Shown piece by piece: positions 1 to 11,759 of a stretch of DNA of 64,000 nucleotides (its first letter is position 1; each line of letters starts with the position of its first letter). The notes beneath the pieces are model-generated. The model had not been told where the DNA came from, searched no databases, and worked only from the letters and a program-made list of their open reading frames with translations. Origin of the DNA: Laetmonice hystrix (lineage: Eukaryota). The stretch is taken from the NCBI GenBank assembly GCA_965235115.1, contig OZ249450.1:4836001-4900000 (forward strand). The letters are read 5' to 3'. The position numbers and the translations under genes were made by a program.

Positions 1-697
1 AGTGTTACTTCACACAATGAATGCCACTGCAAGTACTGCTGAAACAAGGCCGTCAAATGTTATCCTTCCATTGATGGCTACATTCAGGTGTTAGGTGGTT
101 TCAAAGTGTTACTTCACACAATGAGTGCCACTGCAAGTACTGCTGAAACAAGGCCGTCAAATGTTATCCTTCCATTGATGGTTACATTCAGGTGTTAGGT
201 GGTTTCAAAGTGTTACTTCAGACTATGAGTGCCACTGCAAGTACTGCTGAAACACGGCAATGAATGCCACTGCAAGTACTGCTGAAACAAGGCCGTCAAA
301 TGTTATCCTACCATTGATGGCTACATTCAGGTGTTAGGTGGTTTCAAAGTGTTACTTCACACAATGAATGTCACTGCAAGTACTGCTGAAACAAGGCCGT
401 CAAATGTTATCCTTCCATTGAAGGCAACATTCAGGTGTTAGGTGGTTTCAAAGTGTTACTTCACACAATGAGTGCCACTGCAAGTACTGCTGAAACAAGG
501 CCGTCAAATGTTATCCTTCCATTGATGGTTACATTCAGGTGTTAGGTGGTTTCAAAGTGTTACTTCACACAATGAATGCCACTGCAAGTACTGCTGAAAC
601 AATGCAGTCAAATGTTATCCTGCCATTGATGGCAACATTCAGGTGTTAGGTGGTTTCAAAGTGTTACTTCACACTATAAATGCCACTGCAAGTACTG
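1..697. repeat. Tandem repeat, 104-bp unit (about 6.5 copies, continues off the left edge)
   Basis: AGTGTTACTTCAC recurs at 1, 105, 209; one slipped partial unit near 259; stops in the frames I checked. Confidence 0.95.
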
Positions 698-1675
698 AAA
701 TAAATCAGCTCGATAAATCGCCAGTTGTAACGTTAGATGCGCATTTTTTCTGCCCTTTGACTTGGCCATGATGATGACAATCTATGGCCAAGGTAGCATA
801 TGGCCTGAGAATGCAAGTCAACACGTGATCAACGATATAATGGATTAGAAATGGAGCACGGGGCTGAGCCGTGTCCAATTAATCTTGAGTCGGCTGGACT
901 TGACTCTACAATTAATTCTCGAGAGGCATTTGATTTCAGCCACACAGAGTCGGCACCTCCTTGTTCCAGTGTTGAGCGCTCTTTATTACCAAATGACAAG
1001 CCAAGTGGAAATTTAACACACAACATTTCTTCTGTCGAGTAATTCAACTCTGAGGCGTTTATACAACACAAAACGTTGACTCTAATTATAATACCGTAGC
1101 ACAACTTGTGCCATAGGTTGGGAGTCGGGCAGGTCTAAGGTAAACAACACCTGACCCTCCCCCCTCAGTACCAGTAACTCGAAACTCCCCCAGTCTGAGC
1201 ACCTGCACCAACTCTATTACTATTACCATGCGGAACTGGAATTTGTGCTGGGGGCTCTGCCCCCCCCCCCCCGCTCTCTAAGTAAAACATCCTCGTATTA
1301 ATGTTCAAATGGCAGAACACTGCGGACCTCACACACGTACAGCTGTGCAGTTTGTCATAAAAATCATCCCAAATCATATCATATAAATTGTGTGGCAGTG
1401 CAGAATGTCAAGTAAAATGACTGTTACTGGGTATTACCAACGAGTAGAGTCTCGTTGGGTTAGCAAAGTAACGCAACCGCTAATCTTGAACTGCTCCATC
1501 TCGGTCCAACATTTCATTTTACCAATTCCAAAACAGTTTCTTTAAAGACGAGGAAATGTCAACAGCAGTGACTTTGGATTGAGGGGTGAAGCGGAGCTGT
1601 CTCCATAACCTGAGAAACTTTCCACTGACGAGTTAGTAGGGCACACACACAACAGTGATCTTCAGGGGAAGTTAA

Positions 1676-2100
1676 AGCAATCACCCAGTATCCCTCATTT
1701 CAATGACTCCAAAATGCAGACATGGGCTGTTAGGTTAGATAAGGCGTTAGACTACAGAAATGGAGAAATCTAATGCAATTCAACATTCCGGTTGCCTGTT
1801 GTCGTCATGAAGCGATCGTCTTATGGCTGGTTGTTGACAAAATTATTGACTTGAACAGCGAATGAAATTCATCGGCCAATGAATCGATGAATTTCATTGG
1901 TTGTTCAAGTCAATTCCAGGTCAACAACCAGCCATGAGATGTTCGTTTCTTGACATCAGACAACCCTAATGTTGAGTTTCATTAGATTTCTCCATTTCAG
2001 TAAACATTTATTGATTTATGTAGTCTAACGCCTTAATCTAACCTAACAGCCCATGTCTGCATTTTGGAGTCGTTGAAATGAGAGATACTCGGTGATTGCT
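1676..2100. mobile_element. Non-autonomous Kolobok-like foldback MITE (425 bp)
   Basis: TTAA on both sides (1672-1675, 2101-2104); termini AGCAATCACC...GGTGATTGCT; nearly the whole element is an imperfect palindrome around loop 1875-1884. TTAA TSD with purine-purine 5' ends is the Kolobok signature. Confidence 0.8.
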
Positions 2101-3520
2101 TTAAGTAAGACACTGTATACCAATATGACTGAGAGAGTGTCACAGATAGTTTGAGAATAGACCCAGTCCAAGCGGGAGCTCTGTCTAACCACTCCCTGGT
2201 ATAGGTTAGCACAGACCCTGCCAGCAGATTTATGAAATGTGGTAGGTCAGTGCACACTGGGGTCAAATGATCTAATTACCCCTTCTTCATGGGGCAAAAC
2301 AGATACCCCTATTCCAGTCAATTGCTCCCTAATATGCCATCAGAATAATGTCAATTCATCACGCTATATTACAGCATTAAGTCCATACATTAACTGGATC
2401 TGCGCTTCAGATTGTAAAGTAATCTATTAGAGTGCTTCTTTAAGAGCCGAATAGTGCCTCAAGAGCACAGTGTAATCCTGCTATTGATTACAGGGCCGCA
2501 ATACAAGACCACTTTCTTAAAGGAGCACTCCAACTGAGACAATCTTTCATAATCACACTTTAACAAATCGTGCCTTATCCTCACTGCATGTGATTGACCC
2601 AGGAATGTGGGTAGAACTGACACCAAACCCTAATATTTCACACATCCCTGGCCGAGGTATGGTGTCACTTACCAGCACTTTTTACTCCAATCCAAACTAC
2701 TGATCCAAATTCTCTTCATATTTACTCATGAGAATGGCTCATATTACTCCCCTTTGTAGTCTAAATTTAGTTGCTAAGCCTCCCGCAACAAAACAGTGTA
2801 TGTACAGTAAATCCTTCAACAAACTGTTTTACCTCAAATATTTTTCTAAGCCTACAACAAACTTACTGGTTGTGCATGACACGGCCACTTTACACCCCCA
2901 CTTGGCTGCTTGGAGAACCACTTTGTGGCACCACTGGATGGGGGCACCACCACCTTACACCAGCACCACCGGGTGCTCCCTCTGTCCCGGGACCCTCTAA
3001 TAGTGATGAGATACTGCGTAATTATCTGCTACTAACTGCCACATTGTGAATGTTAATATGCTATAATTTCTATAAATGCTATAATTTCTCTCATTGTGAC
3101 CTGAAAAAAGGCAGATATAGGTGCAGAATGGGTTTATTCCTCATTTTGTCCATTGTTAACTTAATGATAACAATGGACAAAATATTGACCCTATCACTAG
3201 AGTACCTGGTGGGTTTATGTTAATACAAGCAAGTCTTCGATCCCTTGCAGCTATCCACACACAGAACACACCGGTATTTTGTGATATTGTGTACCATTTT
3301 CTAGAAGTATATTTTAATAGGACTTATGCCTAACTCAAAGAAACATTTTGTTGACATCTCAGTTGTTTTCCACCCAGTTTGACATGGAAGCTCTGGTTAC
3401 CACCCATTTGTACATGTCACACAGACCTGAAGGTCATCAACTGTTTGTCAGGGTGATCCCTGGGGGACGGGGCATGCAAGCACCATCCGGCTGTACGGGA
3501 TATTACCCTCTCATAGTGAG

Positions 3521-3901
3521 CTCAGCCCTGGGACACTTGGCCTTGGGACTCGGCCCTGGGACACTCGGCCCTGGGACACTCAGCCCTGGGACACTCGGCC
3601 CTGGGACACTCGGCCCTGGGGACATTCAGCCCCAGGACACTCAGCCCTGGGACACTCAGCCCTGGGACACTCGGCCCTGGGACACTCGGCCCTGGGACAC
3701 TCGGTCCTGAGACACTCGGCCCTGAGACACTCCGCCCAGGGACACTTGGCCCTGGGACATTCGGCCCTGGGACACTCGGCCCTGGGACACTCCGCCTTGG
3801 GACTCGGCCCTGGGACACTCGGCCCTGGGACACTCGGCCCTGGGACACTCGGCCCTGGGACACTCTGCCCTGGGACACTCAGCCCTGGGACACTCGGCCC
3901 T
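3521..3901. repeat. Minisatellite, 15-bp unit GGCCCTGGGACACTC (about 25 copies)
   Basis: Direct inspection; explains the overlapping PGTLG/RAECP/SQGRV ORFs. Confidence 0.97.
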
Positions 3902-5658
3902 ATACTGGAGGAGAGAGTACACTTCGGGATACACACATGTGTGTTTGACAACATCTTCTTCCTCTGGGTGGGATTATTTACTGACAGGAAAATACACCAG
4001 CCAGATCCTGGACCGATGTCTCACTCAGCTACAGACATGGCGGAGGTCGGGTTACAGTTTGATAGCCGTCCTGTATGGACAGACTCTATGCCGGAAACTG
4101 GCCCGGATGTACGACATCGCTATCGCCCGGCAGGCAGCATGAGGATGATGAGGATGATGAGGAAGATGCCAAGAGAAGAAGAAGACAAAGATCAGAGAGA
4201 AAGATGGCGAGATATTGCGCTGTCTAGAATGAACAGGTTGCTATTCGAGAGTGGCCTGTGGCCACTCCAGATCAGGATGGGCAAAGTGCATGATTCCTTA
4301 GTTGAAAGTCACTTTAGACAAACTCTGGAAAATACCTATATGGTTAAAGGGAGGTCAATTTGAACAAACTATGGACATACTTCATCAGTCATTGGTCTCT
4401 CAAAAGGGCAATCAAGCCACAGGCAGCCTCCAAAGTGAATTTCCGTGTAGGCCTACACCGAATTGTAGAGGGGTGGGGGGGGGGGGGGGCGCGACCCGGT
4501 TGGAAGTTATGCCATTTCTCCACCAAAGGAACAGTTTTCATCCAATTTTTTTATGTTTTGTATTTAACTATAGAATGCCTCACAAAAGATTCAAAAGCCG
4601 TTCGAAAGTGTGATTCTTCCAATTGTGCCCCTTAAAGGCAAATTTGGTCACTGCATGGTTAAGTTGAACTCCGTGTGTTACGGAGGGGGCGCTTAGATTC
4701 CTTAGAAAAACTGGCCACTTTAAGCTGTAGGGCCCTTGGGTGCAAGTTTGTCGACACTCCCTTTGAGGCGTTGTTCTTGACTCATAATAACCGTAAAGTG
4801 CCCCAGTTGTCGTATAAACAACCGCCCATGTGGTAACACTCCCCGGGAAACTGTTGCTACCAGCCCGACTTCACGGGTCAGAAACCACGGAGTGACTTGT
4901 TGACCACAGAGTGCCATCAAACGCAAGGTCACTGAGGTCACGAGGCTAGCGTTGGTGATGTCTCCCCGACACTCCCTCCACCAACGTCGGACCACTCCGA
5001 ATTTCCACTTTCCACAAAACTACAATGTTCTTTTAAACTCATCGCTTTTACGGGGACTTCCCTTTCAATGGGATATCCTAAACGGGATGCCTTACATCAA
5101 AAACATCTTTGAAGTTTAGATGCTGTCATGTAACAAAGCCTTTTTATGATCCTCACATTCGACTTCTGCAAGAATCGAAATACGCTGCAGAAACTATTTG
5201 GACTATCCAGCAAAAGCTGCAACGTCTACATTTCCATTGTCATTACCAAATTTAATTAACGAGGTAATTAAAAAGCAGGCGTTGAATCCGGTTGTACTGC
5301 CAGCATTTATCCACCCTATCCATTGGGTTCAAAGCGACCAAACTGAGTCCGGACACAGCACAAAGAGTGGCAGCTTTGGTCTAACTGCTGCCATCATTCC
5401 TTACTTCCTGACACATTGGTTCGACATTCAGCAGTAAACACACAGTCGAGTCAAGGCAGTCTGTGTATCACTGCCAGACACCTTAAGCACACTGAGTAAC
5501 CTGCCATTGAAAGGCCGACCAAAGCTCTGTTAATTGGAATGGATTTCTGACTGCATTGTTGCCGTGTTCCTGTGAAACACGAATGAGGGATAAGACAGGC
5601 CAACACAGATCTGAGCTAACCTGTTCATACAGGACTAAGTTTATGTAAGTGGGGGTCC

Positions 5659-5912
5659 CCGGTGTGAACGGAATGTAAGTCCGCCGGTATGGAGGTCCGC
5701 CGGGCCTGGATTCCTTAGTTATGCAGATCCTAGGTCATCAATTCGTGGTATAAGACAATATGATTAAGAAAATTCAAATGAATTAGGGTTAAGGTTGGGA
5801 TTACAGATCATAAAAAAATATTTAAATAATACAACATCAAGGACTTCAATTCCTAGGAATGCAGGTCCGTCGGACCTGAATTTCAGGGGGACCTACATTC
5901 CTGTCACACCGG
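5659..5912. mobile_element. MITE with about 55-bp imperfect terminal inverted repeats
   Basis: CCGGTGTGAACGGAATGTAAGTCC versus GGACCTACATTCCTGTCACACCGG, plus inverted subterminal AGGTCCG.CGG.CCTG.ATTCCT; TSD not resolved. Confidence 0.75.
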
Positions 5913-6103
5913 TACAGCTCCAGTGAACCCTCGCAGACGTGACTTAAAACCGTACTACTTACATTTTGGTAGTAGCCTGAGCGGTGCAACTTATTTTTTC
6001 TAATGCTAAGTACCTAAAACATTCGTACAAGACAGAGCAATTTTATTTGATCTTATCCGCTTTCCCGCCCCCAGTTGTACACTCCTGCCACTGTTTGCCT
6101 CAA

Positions 6104-6697
6104 AGTCTCCACAAGGATCTGTCTGTAACAGCGGGCGGCCAGCTGGCCAGACGTGTGAGTCTCCACAAGGATCTGTCTGTGACAGAGGGCAGCCAGCTGG
6201 CCAGACGTGTGAGTCTCCACAAGGATCTGTCTGTGACAGAAGGCAGCCAGCTGGCCAGACGTGCGAGTCTCCACAAGGATCTGTCTGTGACAGAGCGCGG
6301 CCAGCTGGCCAGACGTGTGAGTCTCCACAAGGATCTGTCTGTGACAGAAGGCAGCCAGCTGGCCAGACGTGTGAGTCTCCACAAGGATCTGTCTGTGACA
6401 GAGGGCAGCCAGCTGGCCAGACGTGTGAGTCTCCACAAGGATCTGTCTGTGACAGAGCGCGGCCAGCTGGCCAGACGTGTGAGTCTCCACAAGGATCTGT
6501 CTGTGACAGAAGGCAGCCAGCTGGCCAGACGTGTGAGTCCCCACAAGGATCTGTCTGTGACAGAAGGCAGCCAGCTGGCCAGACGTGTGAGTCTCCACAA
6601 GGATCTGTCTGTGACAGAAGGCAGCCAGCTGGCCAGACGTGTGAGTCTCCACAAGGATCTGTCTGTGACAGAAGGCAGCCAGCTGGCCAGACGTGTG
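6104..6697. repeat. Minisatellite, 54-bp unit (11 copies)
   Basis: GTCTCCACAAGGATCTGTCTGTGACAGAAGGCAGCCAGCTGGCCAGACGTGTGA repeated; ORFs on both strands. Confidence 0.97.
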
Positions 6698-6874
6698 TGG
6701 GGGAGGGGTGTGTATTAAGGCCTGACCCAGCGTCCGAGCCGAACTCTTCATCATCCCGGGTGCAGGTCTGGGCCGAAGTACTGACACCTTCAATCATGTC
6801 CTCCACGGGTCAGGCCACAGCGACCTGCTGAACGATCCCAGGCCCGCTCATCAGCTCAACTCTTCCTCCATTCT

Positions 6875-7632
6875 GGGTAACTCATCAATCTCTACACTCA
6901 TCAAGCGTTACACTCAGGTTAACTCATCAGGCGCTACACTCAGGTTAACTCATCAGTCTCTACACTTATCAGGCGCTACACTCAGGTTAACTCATCAGTC
7001 TCTACACTCATCAGGCGCTACACTCAGGTTAACTCATCAATCTCTACACTCAGGTTAACTCATCAGTCTCTACACTCATCAGTCGCTACACTCAGGTTAA
7101 CTCATCAATCTCTACACTCAGGTTAACTCATCAGTCTCGACACTCAGGGTAACTCATCAGGCGCTACACTCAGGTTAACTCATCAGTCGCTACACTCATC
7201 AGGCGCTACACTCAGGTTAACTCATCAGTCTCGACACTCAGGTTAACTCATCAGGCGCTACACTCAGGTTAACTCATCAGGCGCTACACTCAGGTTAACT
7301 CATCAATCTCTACACTTATCAGGCGCTACACTCAGGTTAACTCATCAGTCTCGACACTCAGGTTAACTCATCAGGCGCTACACTCAGGTTAACTCATCAG
7401 TCGCTACACTCAGGTTAACCCATCAGTCTCTACACTCAGGTTAACTCATCAGTCGCTACACTCAGGTTAACTCATCAGTCGCTACACTCAGGTTAACTCA
7501 TCAGTCACTACACTCAGGTTAACCCATCAGTCTCTACACTCAGGTTAACTCATCAGTCGCTACACTCAGGTTAACCCATCAGTCTCTACACTCATCAGGC
7601 GCTACACTCAGGTTAACAGTCTCTACACTCAT
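6875..7632. repeat. Complex minisatellite, 26-bp unit CTACACTCAGGTTAACTCATCAGTCG interspersed with 15-bp sub-units
   Basis: Direct inspection. Confidence 0.95.
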
Positions 7633-7896
7633 TTAAAAATAAATCCTCTCCACATCTCGGTGATAACTGATTTAATAATGAAAAAAGAAGAAAAATAATC
7701 AAAACAAAAACAGCGAAGTTCTGTTATTAAACTTAACCAAGACCCAACAGAATTCCAACAATAAAACTGAAAAACCAAACAAATAACTTCCGTCCTATCA
7801 GCCTGCCCATTGTCTTCCTAAAGAAATCCTCTTCATCAAGCAATATAAAATTCTTTTTATTCAAATGAAACTGGATCTCGGTTCTTTAAACTTGGC

Positions 7897-8210
7897 CTAC
7901 ATCAATAAAGAAACTTTACCAAATATATGCGCTTCCTGAACACAAGATGGCAGGAGCCAAGTCCAAGTGAAATCGAAGTCATGGAAAACCAACTGAGACC
8001 AACAAGTTTTTAATTCACTATTTTCACAGTAAACGTATTTTTCCCTGAGTTTGTGAGCGTCTTGACTACAGACGATGCCGAAAGTTTTGCTGGTGTGTCG
8101 ATTGACTTGATAAACTGAGGGCTGCGCAGACGATGGCAAAACTAGAGTATTGTAAAGAAGAGTTCTGTGCAATGAAAGAGAAACCTGTTTTACTATTATC
8201 GGTTCTGTTT
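7897..8210 (-). mobile_element. Possible decayed L2/CR1-group LINE RT C-terminal fragment
   Basis: Minus frame IIVKQVSLSLHRTLLYNTLVLP resembles the LLYNSLVLPHLDYC region of CR1/L2 reverse transcriptases; similarity short. Confidence 0.35.
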
Positions 8211-9276
8211 GTATCTTTTTCTTTCACTCAGCTACAATTTCAAAGTAATTCTACCAATCCGATATTGCATCCGGGCATCTTACTGCTTTTAAAGGGGAAA
8301 AAGAGGGTCTTGAAAAACACTATCTAAATTTGACTTCTTGACATTCAGCTTGAGTACATTCTTAGTTCTACATTCCAATCTTTACAGCTATATTCCAGTC
8401 CTGAGCTGGGTCTTCGTATCCTTCCACGAATCATGAAGAAATGCCAAAAAAGGTGTGAAACGACTATTTAAAGTCTCCATGAGTGGTGTTTGACGGGTAT
8501 TTTTCTTACTTTTTGAAGTATCAAAAAACAAAGGAGGAGCTAAGAAGTACCGACAACAAAGTGCACAACTGGATTTCTTAAAGGATTATTTCTACAGCGT
8601 CTACAGCGCCTTGCATTTCACAGCAAATAGGCCTACTTCAGTCAGCTACCGAAAAAATATCACTGACTATAATCTACCACTATGTCTTGTCTAGATACTG
8701 GTATCAGACATCAGACTGCAATTTTTTTTTACTGTGCCTTGTTTTGTGTCCAGGAATGAATGAGTTGTTGTTTTCTAAGACTGGCTTGACTAAGTGAAGT
8801 GCGGACTGTGGTTACATGTTCACCTTCGTAAGTGTTCTTAACCTAGGGTTAATACAATTAAATCAACCTAAAAATCGTTGAACTAAGGCATTCTACCGGT
8901 TTAACTTGGCCATATAGTACATCTGCCAGGCTGACCGATTTGGGCGTTGTATGGGTATGGTTGGTCGTAGTAATACAAATTAGAAATACATTATTTTAGG
9001 TATAATACATGTAGTGAAATTAGATTCCTAAATTTTATGGCTGTACTAAATCCATGAATCAGAGGGCGGTTTTGTGTTTTTGTTCACTACGTTCAACCAT
9101 ACCGAAATCAGCTTTCCGGGCGGACCAGGGTATATGGGCCTAGGTGCCTCAATTTCTTTAATTAAACCAAGAGTTTTGTTTCCCTGGAACTGTACAAATG
9201 TCAACAAATGAAACCATTTATACTCAAGTCTTAAAATATCCAAAAGGAAAATTCAGCGAGATACAACCTCACCACT

Positions 9277-9422
9277 TAACGAACGACCAGCTAACGAACG
9301 ACCCGCTAACGCACGACCCGCGAACGAACGACCCGCTAACGAACGACCCGCTAACGCACGACCCGCTAACGCACGACCCGCTAACGCACGACCCGCTAAC
9401 GAACGACCCGCTAACGAACGAC
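9277..9422. repeat. Minisatellite, 15-bp unit GACCCGCTAACG(A/C)AC (about 10 copies)
   Basis: Direct inspection. Confidence 0.95.
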
Positions 9423-11298
9423 TCCAGAGAGGCCTGCTAAACTCCCAACTCTCCTCCGATCCCCCATAATGACACATCCCGTAGACTGCCGGAGGTGACA
9501 CCACAACATGAAGGCATCTTATCTCAACGGCTAGGTAACATCAAGGAATGTACTGCCACTTGTACACCCAACCAAACTCTCCTACTCATCTGACGGTCAA
9601 CAAACATTTGTCATTGCATTATTTTTCAGTCTACTGTCTTTACTTGACAGTGGGAAAAAAGTCAATTGTTGCTATGTTCAATGTGTACAGAAAGCATTCC
9701 TCTAATGACATGTTTCCACGAAAGATTCGCACAGTATAAGATCAGGAACAATGGGCCTGTATATATCGTCACATGGACTTAGCAGGGTTTTTTCTTTCGT
9801 TGAAGCGCAAATGAAATATGACGTGAAAAACGATCTCTAAGTTATCTCTGTCGTTTAGCACGCTATGTCCGACCAGTTAGTTACAGAGACAATTCTCAAA
9901 GGACTCGGAGCCTTTTAAACACACTTCTGACAAATGACAATCTGGGCACAGAACAGTACTACTTATATAAACTGGAGGGTTGGATGGATTGGTCTAACAT
10001 TGTTGGAATACGTCAAATTTTGACACTTAAGACATCAAAATAATGCAATGTTTTTTGTCAATCAAGATTTGGCAAGCACTGCATCTTAGCTGCATAGTTA
10101 AAATTCCTCAATGTCTCAGTTGTCATGACGTTTCATCACAAATTCATCTTAATTTGTCAACTGATTTTATTGTTTTATTTTATCATGTATCTTTACGGCT
10201 CCAGGCGTCCAAGCAGTTACAATGAATAATCTCTCCACAAAACATCACAGTGTAAAGTTGTCCGTCCCTTCATAACCAGACCGTTTACCAACCTCGGCGG
10301 TCGTGTTCCTGGGAAAACTTTTTCTGTTCACAGTGCCACTACACTGGCCCCTTCCTTCCTTTCTTCAGTGATGACAAAGATAAATGGTATGTACAATGTA
10401 TTCCATAAATAAACACACACAACAGTAAAACCCATTTCTGTTGTGAAGATCAGGTTTTTACGATTGTATGGTTTCTGCGCAGATAAATCACAAAATCAAG
10501 AAAGATTTTCTCCATATTTTTGAAATGTATACATATATGTACTGTTAAAAGCCGAATCCAGAAACTACCCATGGCAACGGACCCGGCCTCTGAAGGCAAT
10601 TTATCTCAAGCTAAAGTGATCTTGGAAATTCTCAATCAAGTCTTGATCCCAGCAGCAGGGGTTTGAAAATTAGAAGTAACAGTGGCTCAAGACTCTAATC
10701 TTTTCGCATCCAGGAAATATACGTACTCATGAAAGCAGATACCAAATGATCACCGTTCACTTTATTGCATCTTTATTGAAAGGATCCGTCAGCGCCCCCT
10801 GGGAACAAAAAAAAACCCACAATGGGTGAAGTATCACCGCTCACTACTAAACTACTTTCACTGATACTCGCAGCTCTCAGTTCCGTACTTCACATCTTGG
10901 AGTGTTGACACTTCAACTATGAGAAAAAATCCAATGGTCGCCCATTATTAGAAGTGGCAAATATTTTCTCGCTAAGATAAGTACCTCTGTTGTACGCTGA
11001 AGAAAGGCCTTGCCAACAATTTCTGAGAGAGTGAAGCCTTACGACACGTCAGTCAGAGAAATGCCCATAAATCACTGTTAGGCATGAACTGGAGGCGCCT
11101 AGACCGTGAACGTGCATGAGAGAATGCCTATAGACCGATAGACCTACAGACACCTAAGGACTGGTAAGGACGGGGGGGGGGGGGGTAGGGTAGGGGAATA
11201 ATTTGCTAAGGGGGGCCTCAGCAAGGTCAATTCATAGAGTTAAATCCCCCTGGATTCGCCACTGAAAGTAATTCATATAAATACGTACCCGATGACGT

Positions 11299-11452
11299 CC
11301 TAATGAGAGAAGTGATCCACCAATCACAGAGGTGATCTAATGATTCTCCAATGAGAGACCTTCTAATAAAACTTGTCAATGGCCCACCAATCCGAGACCT
11401 TCTACTTTAATTATGCACCAACCCGAGACCTGCAAATGACGCACCAATGAGA
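11299..11452 (+). promoter_or_regulatory. Ladder of CCAAT boxes in a degenerate ~30-bp repeat
   Basis: CCAAT at 11320, 11348, 11387, 11444; variants CCAAC at 11418 and CTAAT near 11300; function inferred only. Confidence 0.3.
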
Positions 11453-11759
11453 AGCGTGGTTACAATTGACGCACCCCCTGAACAGAGCAGAGATTTTGAC
11501 CCAGTGGACCACCACCAAACGATCCACTCACACGGTCGCCATTACCGCCCTGTATGCAACTGTCCGTGCTCTGTATCCAGCTGTCATGCTGCACACAGCT
11601 GGCCCTACAACTCCACATAACTCTCTACACACACGAGCTGGAGTTGTTTTTTTCCCCTGACACAATCACGCAGCACAAGACCGATGACCTTGATGGCCAA
11701 CTGTTGCCGACATGGCGTAAAACCAGATCTACGCAAAGTCCCTGATCCATCTCCATACA

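Noticed and set aside
3348-6806. Collagen-like PGTLG and 18-aa-repeat ORFs
   Set aside because: Products of the 15-bp and 54-bp minisatellites, with multiple overlapping frames open.
8880-9150. Degenerate foldback (18-bp arms at 8954-8971 and 9086-9103)
   Set aside because: Probably an old MITE, but termini and TSD could not be defined.
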